Positions 10,321 to 20,311 of a DNA stretch of 64,000 nucleotides are shown piece after piece. Position 1 is the stretch's first letter. Each line of letters opens with the position of its first letter. The stretch is taken from assembly GCA_016192035.1 (NCBI GenBank), contig JACPUW010000044.1, positions 11,496 through 75,495 of the forward strand, in the 5' to 3' direction. The translations under genes and the position numbers were made by a program. The notes under the pieces are model-generated. The model had not been told where the DNA came from and did not search any database. It worked only from the letters and a program-made list of their open reading frames with translations. This DNA is from Bacteroidota bacterium. GTDB taxonomy: Bacteria; Bacteroidota; Bacteroidia; CAILMK01; JACPUW01.

Positions 10321-11007
10321 TTATTTTCGGTTTTGTGCCCGGCTTATATACTTGTCTATCTGTGAGCCTATGCTGGTGCTGGCGTATTTCTCCTTTATCA
10401 GGGTGTATGCAGCCACGGCCTGGTCATACTTACCCAGGTGTTCATACACCTGCCCGGCTTTTTTCAGGTACATGGGCGTGGTAAACTCATTGTCGCTGGC
10501 ATCCGCAGCCTGGCTATAGTACTTGGCGGCCTTTTCATATTCGCCCAGTTCACTGTAGGCATCGCCTGCCGCGCCCAATCCCATGGGTTGGAGCATGGTG
10601 CTTCCCGAACCAAAAGAAGATAGGTAATCGGCTGCTGCCTCATAGTGCTCCTGCGACTTGGTGCTATCGCCTTCAGCGCCCAGTTTTAGGTGGCAAATGC
10701 CGGCATAGTACTTGGCCAATTTACCCGCTTTGGTAAGGCCGTATTTGCTGGCTACCTCCTCAAATCCCATAAATGAAGGGTTTCCGTTGAGCGCCAGTTC
10801 AAAGGAGTCCTTGCCAAAGTATGATTCGGCGTAGAACATATTTCCCAGGGCTTTTTCTTCGGCGGGCTCTAGGTATAGCCTGGTATAGCCCACGTACAGT
10901 AGGGTGATGCCCACCAGCGCTCCGCCTATGATGCTGAGGGTTTTTTGGTGTTTTTCAATGGGGTTAGCTGGGCGTACCAACTCTTCTTTTTCAGTCTGCT
11001 TGGCCAT
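10321..11007 (-). CDS. Membrane-anchored TPR protein (YfgM-like)
   Basis: Single N-terminal TM followed by TPR repeats (GDAYSELGEYEKAAKYY); common ribH neighbour. Confidence 0.8.
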   Translation of the reverse strand: MAKQTEKEELVRPANPIEKHQKTLSIIGGALVGITLLYVGYTRLYLEPAEEKALGNMFYAESYFGKDSFELALNGNPSFMGFEEVASKYGLTKAGKLAKYYAGICHLKLGAEGDSTKSQEHYEAAADYLSSFGSGSTMLQPMGLGAAGDAYSELGEYEKAAKYYSQAADASDNEFTTPMYLKKAGQVYEHLGKYDQAVAAYTLIKEKYASTSIGSQIDKYISRAQNRK

Positions 11008-11040
11008 GTATCGGGGTCAATTGTGTTATGTACGGTGTTG

Positions 11041-12033
11041 TTAATCTTGAAGGTATGGGTAGTCGGCTTGCATATACACATCGGTGTACAATTCACTATC
11101 GGGCGGATAGGGTGAATCTTCGGCAAATTGTACTGACTCATCTACCTGTGCCAGCACCTTGGTTTCTATATCATCAAGTGTTGCCTGGTTAGCATAACCC
11201 TTATCGAGAATTGTTGCCCTTACCTGTTCTATTGGGTCAATACGGCGGTATTCTTCCACCTCTTCGCGGGTACGGTATTTGGCTGGGTCGCTCATGGAGT
11301 GGCCTTTATACCTATAGGTCTTAATTTCCAGCAGGGTGGGTATTTGTTCGGTGCGGGCGCGGTTGCAGGCATCGGCTATGGCCTGGTGCACACTTTCCAC
11401 CTTCATGCCGTCCACTGCCTGGTTTGGCATATCATAGGCCTGGCCCAGCCGGTGCAGGTCGGTCACGTTTGACGTGCGCGCTACCGAAGTGCCCATGGCG
11501 TACATGTTATTTTCTATGATAAACACCACTGGCAGCTTCCAGGTCATGGCTATGTTAAAGGTTTCATGCAGGGCGCCCTGCCTTACCGCCCCATCGCCCA
11601 TGAAACACAGGCATACATTGTCAGTGCCCTGGTATTTTTCGGCAAAGGCGATACCGGCGCCGAGGGGTATTTGCGCCCCTACTATCCCGTGTCCACCCAA
11701 AAACCTTTTTTCCTTGTCAAACAAGTGCATGGAGCCGCCCTTTCCTTTGGTGCATCCGGTAATCTTGCCATACAGTTCGGCCATGACCGCGCCGGGCGAA
11801 ATACCCATGCCCAGGGCATGTCCGTGATCGCGGTAGGCGGTGATTACCTTGTCATTGGGGCCCATGGCGCTCATCATCCCGGCCACTACGGCTTCTTGAC
11901 CTATATATAGGTGGCAAAACCCCCTAATCTTGGTCCCATACAGTTGGCCGGCCCGCTCTTCAAAGCGCCGCATAAGCAGCATGAGCTCGAACCAATACAG
12001 GTAATCAGCTTTTGAAAAGGCCTTTTTTGCCAT
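11041..12033 (-). CDS. pdhA: Pyruvate dehydrogenase E1 alpha subunit
   Basis: RGFCHLYIGQEA, GKGGSMH, GDGA...NN ThDP motif, RYKGHSMSDP. ATG 12033 preferred over 12159, which overlaps cobB. Confidence 0.96.
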   Translation of the reverse strand: MAKKAFSKADYLYWFELMLLMRRFEERAGQLYGTKIRGFCHLYIGQEAVVAGMMSAMGPNDKVITAYRDHGHALGMGISPGAVMAELYGKITGCTKGKGGSMHLFDKEKRFLGGHGIVGAQIPLGAGIAFAEKYQGTDNVCLCFMGDGAVRQGALHETFNIAMTWKLPVVFIIENNMYAMGTSVARTSNVTDLHRLGQAYDMPNQAVDGMKVESVHQAIADACNRARTEQIPTLLEIKTYRYKGHSMSDPAKYRTREEVEEYRRIDPIEQVRATILDKGYANQATLDDIETKVLAQVDESVQFAEDSPYPPDSELYTDVYMQADYPYLQD

Positions 12034-12124
12034 CGATATGACGTTTTTACGCGTAAAAAAATGAGCGCACGAAAATAGGTATTCTCTTGTCACATTCTGG
12101 TAAGGCAATGATGGGCATGGCCCA

Positions 12125-12814
12125 CTACGCCAAGCTGTACAATATGGCTTCCAGGTCAATCACGGCTTGAACAGCCGTTTTGCCAATGGCGCGTATTCCT
12201 CGGTGCAGTCCCATTTCATGTGATTTGGGGTCAACAAGTATTTTGTGGCAGTTAAGTGGTGCATGGTGCATAAGCCCAGCAGCGGGATATACCTGGAGCG
12301 AGGTGCCTATAATGAGGAGTATATGGGCACTGCGCACCAGTTCAAGGGCCATAGGATAGGCTGGCACCGATTCGCCAAACCAAACGATATAGGGCCTTAA
12401 CTGGCCACCCATGGGGCACCTGTCGCCCAAGTGTATGTCTTTTTCTTGGAGATGAACTACATACGAAGGGTCAAGGGTGCTGCTGGCCTTTGTGATTTCG
12501 CCGTGTAGGTGCAGCACCTTGGAGGAACCAGCCCTTTCGTGCAGGTCGTCCACGTTTTGGGTAACTATGCGCACATCAAACCTGGACTCTAGTTGGGCCA
12601 GAAAAGTATGGGCTTTATTTGGCTGGGCCTCCCGCACGTTTTTCCGGCGTTGGTTGTAGAAGTCGAGCACCAATCCAGGATTGGCACGCCATCCTTCCGG
12701 GCTGGCCACTTGGGTCACCTCATGCCCCTCCCAGAGCCCTCCCGCATCGCGAAAAGTAGAAATTCCGCTTTCGGCGCTAATACCGGCCCCGGAGAGCACT
12801 ACCAGTCGTTTCAC
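12125..12814 (-). CDS. cobB: NAD-dependent protein deacylase (class III sirtuin)
   Basis: GAGISAESGISTFR, FYNQRR, TQNVDDLHERAG, HLHG, GTSLQVYPAAGL. Confidence 0.93.
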   Translation of the reverse strand: MKRLVVLSGAGISAESGISTFRDAGGLWEGHEVTQVASPEGWRANPGLVLDFYNQRRKNVREAQPNKAHTFLAQLESRFDVRIVTQNVDDLHERAGSSKVLHLHGEITKASSTLDPSYVVHLQEKDIHLGDRCPMGGQLRPYIVWFGESVPAYPMALELVRSAHILLIIGTSLQVYPAAGLMHHAPLNCHKILVDPKSHEMGLHRGIRAIGKTAVQAVIDLEAILYSLA

Positions 12815-13540
12815 TTATTTTGGCATTTGTATGTGCTCATTATCAACAAATTCCCTAGATGTGAGCCGACAGTACAGATGTGCCAGGCCCACCACATCTT
12901 TTTGGCAGTAAGTGGCAATACGGGGCAGGTCGTGGTGCTGGTGATACACCGCATATACATCAGCACCGCTTATGTCGTCTTTGGGTGATGGGATACCAAA
13001 AGCTTTGGTCAAGGTTTGAAGGGAGGTAAAATGCTTGAAATCACCAAAAGACCACATGCGCATGGTGTCCAGGAGATGGGTATTGTCCCAGGGTTTGGCC
13101 CCCATGATTTCAAGGCCCTTGGGCAGTGGGATTTGATTAATGAGGAAACGGCGGCACAGGTAGGGAAAATCAAACTCTTGGCCATTGTGGGCGCAGAGAT
13201 AGCGGTACCGCTTGCCAAAATGGGCATTCAGAAGGTCGGCAAAGGGTTTGAGCACATCGACTTCCGAATCGCTAAAGAATGAGGTGACCCGGAATTGCCT
13301 TTGGGCAGGGGATTTGGTGAAGTAGCCCACCGAAACGCAGATGACCTTGCCAAATTCGGCATATATACCCGCCCGCTGATAAAGAACATCAGGTTCATCC
13401 CCATTTCTATGTTTGGATAGAAGTTCCGCTTTTTTGGCCCATAGTATGTTCCATTCAGGGTCAAGCAGGGAGGGGTCGGCCTGTTGAGGTACCGTTTCAA
13501 TATCCAGAAAAAGAATGTGTTCCAATTTGTGGTTTTCCAT
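12815..13540 (-). CDS. 3'-5' exonuclease (PolB-like DEDDy, stand-alone)
   Basis: FLDIETV, HNGQEFDFPY and YCQKDV exonuclease motifs I-III. Confidence 0.85.
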   Translation of the reverse strand: MENHKLEHILFLDIETVPQQADPSLLDPEWNILWAKKAELLSKHRNGDEPDVLYQRAGIYAEFGKVICVSVGYFTKSPAQRQFRVTSFFSDSEVDVLKPFADLLNAHFGKRYRYLCAHNGQEFDFPYLCRRFLINQIPLPKGLEIMGAKPWDNTHLLDTMRMWSFGDFKHFTSLQTLTKAFGIPSPKDDISGADVYAVYHQHHDLPRIATYCQKDVVGLAHLYCRLTSREFVDNEHIQMPK

Positions 13541-13544
13541 GGTG

Positions 13545-14270
13545 CTACATGCTTAGGCTGTGTATGAGCTCGGGTAAGGCACTGGCATAGAACCCAACCG
13601 AAAAACGATTGGCAAATGATTCGATAAGCACAGGATACACTTCTTGGGGGCTAAGTGTCTTACCCAATTCTGCCGACATAGAGGTAATCCCTTTATCATT
13701 GATGCCACAAGGTACTATATAGCGGTAATAACTTAAGTCGGTTGAAACGTTTAGGGCAAATCCGTGTATGGACACCCAGCGCGACAGTTTTACGCCAATG
13801 GCGCATATCTTCTTGTCTTCTTCTTGGTTATTGCCCTTTATCCATACGCCCGTTAGCCCGTTTATGCGCTGGCTATCTATGCCAAAATACCTTAGGGTGT
13901 CCATGATGGCATCTTCCATATTTTCTATAAACCAAGCGGCACTGGGTTTATGCCGCTCCAGGTCCAATATGGGGTAGCCAGTAATTTGGCCAGGGCCGTG
14001 GTAGGTTATGTCGCCACCCCGGTTTATATGCCAGTAATCTATCCCTTTAGCCATTAAATCATCATGGTTAAGAAGTAGGTTGGCTATATTGCCTGACTTG
14101 CCAAGGGTAAAAACTGGACAGTGTTCGCCGAGCAGGAAAGCCTGTACGGTAGGGGGCTGCTGGTCTGGCATTTGTTTTTTCAGGGCCAGGTTGTGGGCCA
14201 GCACTTGCTCCTGCAGGTCCCAAATGGGTTTGTAGCGTGACCCGGAGAAGATTATATACGGTATTTGCAT
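13545..14270 (-). CDS. lipB: Lipoyl(octanoyl) transferase
   Basis: EHCPVFTLGK, RGGDITYHGPGQ, KICAIG, HGFALN, IVPCGI motifs. Confidence 0.95.
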   Translation of the reverse strand: MQIPYIIFSGSRYKPIWDLQEQVLAHNLALKKQMPDQQPPTVQAFLLGEHCPVFTLGKSGNIANLLLNHDDLMAKGIDYWHINRGGDITYHGPGQITGYPILDLERHKPSAAWFIENMEDAIMDTLRYFGIDSQRINGLTGVWIKGNNQEEDKKICAIGVKLSRWVSIHGFALNVSTDLSYYRYIVPCGINDKGITSMSAELGKTLSPQEVYPVLIESFANRFSVGFYASALPELIHSLSM

Positions 14271-14344
14271 GGCAGGATTAGGATATTCGGCAAAGGTGAC
14301 CAAAAAAAACTGCGCAATTCTTGGCCAGGGTATGGGAATCCCGC

Positions 14345-14352
14345 TATATTTG
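14345..14352 (+). promoter_or_regulatory. -7 promoter element for tRNA-Asp
   Basis: TATATTTG followed by CG, 22 nt upstream of the tRNA. Confidence 0.7.
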
Positions 14353-14374
14353 CGCCTCCTTTTTAGAAAGGTAC

Positions 14375-14451
14375 GGTTTGGTAGTTCAGTTGGTTAGAAT
14401 GCCTGCCTGTCACGCAGGAGGTCGCGGGTTCGAGTCCCGTCCAGACCGCCA
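14375..14451 (+). tRNA. tRNA-Asp (GTC)
   Basis: GGTTTGG/CCAGACC acceptor stem, anticodon arm CCTGC-CTGTCAC-GCAGG, GGTTCGAGTCC T-arm, encoded CCA. Confidence 0.97.
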
Positions 14452-14455
14452 AGAT

Positions 14456-14494
14456 AAAAACCCTGTAAGTTAATTGCTTACAGGGTTTTTTTTT
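14456..14494 (+). terminator. Rho-independent terminator, probably bidirectional
   Basis: AAAAACCCTGTAAG-ttaattg-CTTACAGGGTTTTT followed by more T. Confidence 0.85.
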
Positions 14495-14648
14495 GCATGG
14501 CACAGGGCAACCAACCTGGTGGTGCCAGCCCAGTGAATGGGTATGTAACCGGCAAACACGGGCCAAGCACAAGGGTGTTTATGGTGTGGTGGATCAAGTG
14601 GGCCCGGCCTGCCCGCCATCCGTGGTCAAACAAGCGGCCCATAAATGC

Positions 14649-14682
14649 AAAAAGCCCCAACCAATAGAATGGTAAGGGCTTT
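14649..14682 (-). terminator. Imperfect terminator hairpin after tRNA-Asn
   Basis: AAAGCCC...GGGCTTT arms with internal ACCA/TGGT pairing; U-tract on the minus strand. Confidence 0.5.
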
Positions 14683-14687
14683 GGAAT

Positions 14688-14762
14688 TGGCTCCCCGGAT
14701 AGGATTTGAACCTATGACCAATGGATTAACAGTCCACTGCTCTACCGCTGAGCTACCGAGGA
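14688..14762 (-). tRNA. tRNA-Asn (GTT)
   Basis: Reverse complement is TCCTCGGTAGCTCAGCGGTAGAGCAGTGGACTGTTAATCCATTGGTCATAGGTTCAAATCCTATCCGGGGAGCCA. Confidence 0.97.
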
Positions 14763-14789
14763 ATGGTAACGTTTTTGGAAACGAGGGCG

Positions 14790-14797
14790 CAAAAATA
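14790..14797 (-). promoter_or_regulatory. -7 promoter element for tRNA-Asn
   Basis: TATTTTTG followed by CG on the minus strand. Confidence 0.7.
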
Positions 14798-14905
14798 CAC
14801 CTTTTCCGGTATTGGGTTATACCTGCGCACACTTTTTCTCTGCCCACCCGTCCATCCATTGGGTCAGGCGCATCTTTGCCCCTTCATATCTGATAATTAT
14901 TGACC

Positions 14906-15829
14906 ATGTCCTTGCTTTGTGTAGGCTCCGTAGCTTTTGATGCCATTGAAACCCCATTTGGCCATACCGAACGTATAGTGGGTGGCGCTGGCTCATATAT
15001 TTCATTGGCGGCCAGTTATTTTACTCAAGAAGTGCAACTTGTTTCGGTGGTGGGCGATGACTTTCCAACCACCTTTATCGAACTGCTCAATTCAAAGGGG
15101 GTGGACACCCAAGGGCTACAAGTAATACAGGGCCAGAAGAGTTTTTTTTGGAAAGGCCGGTACCACAACGACCTTAACACCCGCGACACCCTGGTTACCG
15201 AACTCAATGTGCTGGCCGATTTTGACCCACGGCTTCCGGCCAGCTACCAAAGGCCAGATTTCCTTATGCTTGGCAACCTTGCCCCCGCCGTGCAGATGAA
15301 GGTGATTCGCCAAATACCCGTAAGGCCCAGGTTGGTGGCACTGGACACCATGAATTTCTGGATGGACACCGCCATGGAGGAGCTTAATGAGGTGATAGCC
15401 AAAGTGGATGTGCTCATGATCAACGATGAAGAAGCGCGGCAGTTTACCCGGCAGCACTCCCTGGTAAAGGCAGCCAGGACCATACTGGCCCAAGGGCTGC
15501 GCTATCTGGTAATCAAAAAAGGGGAGCACGGTGCCCTGCTCTTCCATGGAAATGAAGTGTTTTTTGCCCCGGCACTGCCACTGGAAGACGTGTTTGACCC
15601 CACTGGCGCCGGCGACAGCTTTGCCGGTGGTTTCATGGGGTACCTGGCCAGTACCCGCGACATAGGATTTAACAACCTGAAGCGCGCCGTCATTTACGGT
15701 TCGGCCATGGCCTCCTTTTGCGTGGAGCGCTTTGGTACAGAGCGCCTGGCCCATATAGCCCGCCAGGAACTTGACCTTAGGATTAGGGCTTTTGTGGAAT
15801 TGGTGTCGTTTGATATAGCCTTGGTTTGA
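14906..15829 (+). CDS. PfkB family carbohydrate/nucleoside kinase
   Basis: GGAG, VGDDF, INDEEA, DPTGAGDSFAGGF signature. Confidence 0.92.
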   Translation: MSLLCVGSVAFDAIETPFGHTERIVGGAGSYISLAASYFTQEVQLVSVVGDDFPTTFIELLNSKGVDTQGLQVIQGQKSFFWKGRYHNDLNTRDTLVTELNVLADFDPRLPASYQRPDFLMLGNLAPAVQMKVIRQIPVRPRLVALDTMNFWMDTAMEELNEVIAKVDVLMINDEEARQFTRQHSLVKAARTILAQGLRYLVIKKGEHGALLFHGNEVFFAPALPLEDVFDPTGAGDSFAGGFMGYLASTRDIGFNNLKRAVIYGSAMASFCVERFGTERLAHIARQELDLRIRAFVELVSFDIALV

Positions 15830-17439
15830 TGCTAAAGGCACTCATATCCTTTTTGTTATTTGGCCTAGCCATGCCGCCCCTCCTGGCGCAAACGGCTGAC
15901 CTTAGCACGCCCCGCAAATCGGTGTACAACCATTTGTGGTATTTGCAGAAAGAACAGTACCTGCCCCAGTTGGCCGCTAAATCGATGGGTAAGGTGCCCA
16001 TTGCCTTGCCAAAGGCCGAAAGGCTTGCCATTCAGCTCAAGCAGGTGTATGATGGTATGGGGCTCTACATTGACCTAGATCAAGTGCCCGACAGGGTCGA
16101 TTTTACTGATTCAGCCACAAGGCAGCATAAGGTGGTGCCTCATGCAGGATTGCCCCAGGTGTTCCTGGTCAAAGTAGGCCATGAATGGGTATATGCCCCA
16201 GAGTGCCTTGTGCTTATACCCTCTCTACATGAAAAGGTGTATCCCTGGGGCCTGCACGGTGCCATGAACTTGGTGCCGGCCGCCTGGCGCATGGATTTTT
16301 GGGGACTCCATACGGGTCAGTACCTGGGCCTGCTTTTTATTGTCCTGGCTTCTCTCCTCATCCACCGATTGCTATTGGCACTGTTGCGCCGTGTTATTAT
16401 TATTATACTCAAGAGGATAGAAAAGACCTACGTAGCCAGCAACGTGCTGCGCACCGTGGCCAAGCCCCTGAGCTGGCTCATCATTACCCAATTTATCATC
16501 CTGGTGGTACCCGCGCTCATGCTCCCCATAGGCATGTCAAAATGGGTATTGCTCGTGCTGAAGTCATTGGCGCCCTTGTTTGCCACGGTGGTGTTTTACA
16601 ACCTGGTGGCTGTAATGGCGGAGTTTTTTAAGCAGAGGGCCAAGCGTACCGAGGGAACGCTTGATGACCAATTGGTGCCACTGGTTTCCAAGGTGGCCAG
16701 GCTGGTGGTAATACTGGTTGGGGCGGGATATATCCTTTGGGGCATGGGGGTAGATGTGAGGCCCTATGTGCTAGGCATTTCCTTTGGTGGCATAGCCCTG
16801 GCACTGGCAGCCCAAGACACGGTGAAAAACCTTTTTGGCAGCGCGGTCATATTTCTCGATCGCCCCTTTCAGATAGGTGACTGGATAAATTACAATGGGG
16901 TGGACGGCACCGTGGAAGAGGTGGGCCTACGCTCTACCCGCCTGCGCACCTTTTACCATTCGGTGGTTGCCATACCCAACGGAAAACTGGCCGATACCCA
17001 CGTGGACAACTATGGGCTGCGGGTATATAGGCGGTTTAAGACCAACCTGAGCATTACCTACGACACGCCCACCGAACGCATTGAGTTGTTTGTAGATGGC
17101 TTGCGCCAATTGGTTTTGTCACACCCGCACACGCGCAAGGACTACTATGAGGTACACCTAAACGATTTGGGGCCGGCATCCATTGACGTGCTATTCTACA
17201 TTTTCTTCGTTTCGGCTAACTGGACCGACGAACTAAAGGCCCGGCACGAAATACTCATGGGAATACTCAACCTGGCCCGCGCGCTGGGTGTCCGTTTTGC
17301 CTTCCCTACCCAAACCCTACATATAGAAGAAATGCCTGGCCAAGCCCCCCTAACGCCGGCCAACGATCGGAATATCGATGAGTTAAAACATGCCCGGGAG
17401 GCATTTATTGCCATGTGGAAGTCCAAGCTGGCCAATTAG
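15829..17439 (+). CDS. MscS family mechanosensitive channel with N-terminal periplasmic domain
   Basis: Signal peptide, several TMs, ALAAQDTVKN, DRPFQIGDWI, GTVEEVGLRST, FAFPTQT. Confidence 0.9.
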   Translation: MLKALISFLLFGLAMPPLLAQTADLSTPRKSVYNHLWYLQKEQYLPQLAAKSMGKVPIALPKAERLAIQLKQVYDGMGLYIDLDQVPDRVDFTDSATRQHKVVPHAGLPQVFLVKVGHEWVYAPECLVLIPSLHEKVYPWGLHGAMNLVPAAWRMDFWGLHTGQYLGLLFIVLASLLIHRLLLALLRRVIIIILKRIEKTYVASNVLRTVAKPLSWLIITQFIILVVPALMLPIGMSKWVLLVLKSLAPLFATVVFYNLVAVMAEFFKQRAKRTEGTLDDQLVPLVSKVARLVVILVGAGYILWGMGVDVRPYVLGISFGGIALALAAQDTVKNLFGSAVIFLDRPFQIGDWINYNGVDGTVEEVGLRSTRLRTFYHSVVAIPNGKLADTHVDNYGLRVYRRFKTNLSITYDTPTERIELFVDGLRQLVLSHPHTRKDYYEVHLNDLGPASIDVLFYIFFVSANWTDELKARHEILMGILNLARALGVRFAFPTQTLHIEEMPGQAPLTPANDRNIDELKHAREAFIAMWKSKLAN

Positions 17440-17530
17440 CCCAAAGGGAATTCAATGGCGCCATCCATTTGGGTTGAAAAGATAACCTGGTTTTTTTTGT
17501 GGCAAGCATTCCCTATGTGGGATATTATTC

Positions 17531-17538
17531 TATTTTTG
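17531..17538 (+). promoter_or_regulatory. -7 promoter element
   Basis: TATTTTTG 32 nt upstream of ATG 17571. Confidence 0.55.
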
Positions 17539-17570
17539 TGCGGCCTGTCTAGGCTTAACGTTCGCTGAGC

Positions 17571-18932
17571 ATGAGTAAGAACAATGTAAGGATCTTTGTG
17601 GTGGAGGATGATCCTTCCTACCGCAGGATGATTGAGTATGTACTTCAATTGAATCCTGATTTTGAAGTGGTTACATTTGAAAACGGTCGGTCTTGCATGG
17701 ATAAGCTCCACCTAAGGCCTGATATAGTAACCCTTGATTACTCCCTGCCCGACTCTACGGGCGCCGATGTGCTCAAGCGAATTGTCAATACGGACCCATC
17801 CATCAAAGTGCTCATCCTTTCTGGTCAAACCGACGTGAAAACTGCCGTAGGGCTGCTCCGCCAAGGTGCCTACGACTATATTACCAAGGATGAGGAAACA
17901 AAGGACAAACTCATCAATACCATTCACCACATTCTACAGAACAAGGAACTGTCAAATGAGGTGAGCAGGCTAAAGGAGGAATTGGGCAAGAAATATGAGT
18001 TTCAAAACGTGATCATAGGCAAGAGTGGGCCTATGGAAAAAGTGTTTAAGCTCATGGAAAAGGCCGTGGCCACTGATATTACCGTATCGGTGTATGGCGA
18101 AACAGGAACAGGTAAGGAGATGGTAGCCAAGGCTATACACTACAATTCAAAACGGGGCAAGGGGCCATTCATTGCGGTAAACGTAGCGGCAATACCGTCT
18201 GAGTTAATTGAAAGCGAACTGTTTGGACATGAAAAGGGGGCTTTTACGGGGGCCAATACCCGGCGAATTGGCAAGTTTGAAGAAGCCAATGGCGGCACCA
18301 TTTTCCTGGACGAGATAGGCGAAATGGACACCAACATGCAGGCCAAGATTCTCCGTGTGTTGCAGGAACGAGAATTGGTGAGGGTTGGGGGCAACGCCGT
18401 GGTAAAACTCAATGCCCGCATTATCTGCGCTACCCACCGCGACCTCAAAGGAGAAGTGGAAAAAGGAAAGTTTAGGGAAGACCTATACTACCGCCTTTTG
18501 GGTTTGCCCGTACACTTGCCTCCCCTTAGGGACCGATCAAACGACATCCTAATTCTGGCCAAACATTTTGTGGATGAGTTCTGTAAAGACAACGGCATGG
18601 AAAAGGCCACATTAGAGCAAGGTGCCCAAGCAAAGCTGCTGGAGTACCCCTGGCCCGGCAACGTGCGCGAACTAAAGGCCGTGGTAGAACTCGCTGCCGT
18701 TATGTGCAGCGACAATAGGATAGAGGCCGGTGATGTTTCTTTTCACAATACCGGCAAGTCCACCGATTTTCTCATGGAAGAACTCACCCTGCGCGACTAT
18801 ACCAACCGCATCATTGAGCATTTCCTGCATAAGTATGACAACAATGTGGTGCATGTGGCCGAAAAGCTGGATATGGGTAAATCAACTATTTACCGCATGA
18901 TAAAGAATGGCGACGTGAAAATGGAAGAATAA
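17571..18932 (+). CDS. Sigma-54-dependent response regulator (NtrC family)
   Basis: REC domain (VVEDD, LDYSLPD), GETGTGKE, GAFTGA, FLDEIGE, WPGNVREL, C-terminal Fis-type HTH. Confidence 0.95.
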   Translation: MSKNNVRIFVVEDDPSYRRMIEYVLQLNPDFEVVTFENGRSCMDKLHLRPDIVTLDYSLPDSTGADVLKRIVNTDPSIKVLILSGQTDVKTAVGLLRQGAYDYITKDEETKDKLINTIHHILQNKELSNEVSRLKEELGKKYEFQNVIIGKSGPMEKVFKLMEKAVATDITVSVYGETGTGKEMVAKAIHYNSKRGKGPFIAVNVAAIPSELIESELFGHEKGAFTGANTRRIGKFEEANGGTIFLDEIGEMDTNMQAKILRVLQERELVRVGGNAVVKLNARIICATHRDLKGEVEKGKFREDLYYRLLGLPVHLPPLRDRSNDILILAKHFVDEFCKDNGMEKATLEQGAQAKLLEYPWPGNVRELKAVVELAAVMCSDNRIEAGDVSFHNTGKSTDFLMEELTLRDYTNRIIEHFLHKYDNNVVHVAEKLDMGKSTIYRMIKNGDVKMEE

Positions 18933-18944
18933 GCCGCCACCCTC

Positions 18945-19508
18945 ATGCGCATAAGCTATAACGCACCGGTTACCCTCTCCTTTGGCCTTGCTGCTGCCAC
19001 CATTCATCTGTTAGATACCATTTTGGCAGGCGCCCTGACCTCTGCATTTTTTGTGGTTTATCCAGATTTTTCTTTTCTCAATCCGCTTGATTATGTGAGG
19101 ATATGGGGCCATGTGCTGGGCCATGCCAACTGGGAACACCTCCTTGCCAATTTCACCTTTATCCTGCTCTTGGGCCCCATACTGGAGGAGAAATACGGTT
19201 CAAAGCTCTTGCTTTGGCTCATGGTGGCTACTGCCCTTATCACGGGCCTGCTCAACGTACTTTTTTTTACCACCGCCCTGCTCGGTGCCAGCGGTGTGGT
19301 CTATCTTTTCATCGTGCTTGCTTCCATCACCAACATCCGCCAGGGCGAAATACCCCTTACCTTGGTTTTGGTGGCCGCCCTTTTTCTTGGCAAGGAGGTC
19401 TTGGGCAGTTTTGCCGCTGACAACGTTTCTCAGTTTGCCCACATTTTGGGTGGGGCGGTGGGCGGTGCCTTTGGTTTGCTCATGGTGGGCAAAAAATCAG
19501 CATCCTAA
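18945..19508 (+). CDS. Rhomboid family intramembrane serine protease
   Basis: HANWEHLLAN, GASG (catalytic Ser), AHILGG (catalytic His). Confidence 0.9.
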   Translation: MRISYNAPVTLSFGLAAATIHLLDTILAGALTSAFFVVYPDFSFLNPLDYVRIWGHVLGHANWEHLLANFTFILLLGPILEEKYGSKLLLWLMVATALITGLLNVLFFTTALLGASGVVYLFIVLASITNIRQGEIPLTLVLVAALFLGKEVLGSFAADNVSQFAHILGGAVGGAFGLLMVGKKSAS

Positions 19509-20288
19509 ATGGCCAAGTCATTTAATCTACAGTATGCCAGCGATCTACACCTGGAGTTTCCAAAAAATGCGGCTTACATTAGGGAGAAACCCATACTGCC
19601 TGTAGCCGAAACGCTCATTTTGGCCGGTGATATAGTGCCATTTGCAGAAATGGAAAAACACCGGAATTTCTTTTCTTATCTATCTGACCATTTCAAGGAG
19701 GTGTATTGGATCCCAGGGAACCACGAATATTACCACAGTGACTTTAGCCTGAGGCAAGGCCATTTTTTTGAGAAGGTGCGGAGCAATGTGTACCTGCTGA
19801 ATAATGCCGAAGTGGAAGTGCCTGGCGCCCGTCTATTGTTTACTACCCTTTGGTCGCCAATTAGCCCTGGCTACCAGTGGCATATAGAGCGGCAAGTGGC
19901 CGATTATACCCATATACGCTACTTTAGGCACCGGCTATCGGCAGAGGTGGTCAATGCGGCACATCAAGAAGCCATCAAGTTCCTGCATTCCCGGCTGTCA
20001 GCCCCGCATCCGCTTGCTACCGTGGTGATAAGCCATCACGTGCCTACCTTGATGCACTACCCCGAAAAATACCGCAACAGTATTATCAATGAAGCGTTTG
20101 CGGTGGAACTGGCCGATTTAATTATGGACTGGGAACCTTTTGCCTGGATCTATGGCCATCACCACATCAACACGGCACCATATACCCTGGGAAATACCTT
20201 TATGCGCACCAACCAACTGGGCTATGTGCATGTGGCTGAACATGCCGGCTTTAACAATAGCGCCACGCTCAACCAGGAAAACCCATAG
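19509..20288 (+). CDS. Calcineurin-like metallophosphoesterase
   Basis: SDLHLEF, LAGDI, PGNHEYY, SHHVP, GHHH motifs. Confidence 0.9.
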   Translation: MAKSFNLQYASDLHLEFPKNAAYIREKPILPVAETLILAGDIVPFAEMEKHRNFFSYLSDHFKEVYWIPGNHEYYHSDFSLRQGHFFEKVRSNVYLLNNAEVEVPGARLLFTTLWSPISPGYQWHIERQVADYTHIRYFRHRLSAEVVNAAHQEAIKFLHSRLSAPHPLATVVISHHVPTLMHYPEKYRNSIINEAFAVELADLIMDWEPFAWIYGHHHINTAPYTLGNTFMRTNQLGYVHVAEHAGFNNSATLNQENP

Positions 20289-20311
20289 CCTGTCAATTGG
20301 CCAAGGAAGGC

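Noticed and set aside
14363-14893. Short ORFs overlapping the tRNAs
   Set aside because: They are translations of tRNA and terminator sequence.
15116-15841. 241-aa minus-strand ORF
   Set aside because: Antisense shadow of the PfkB kinase.
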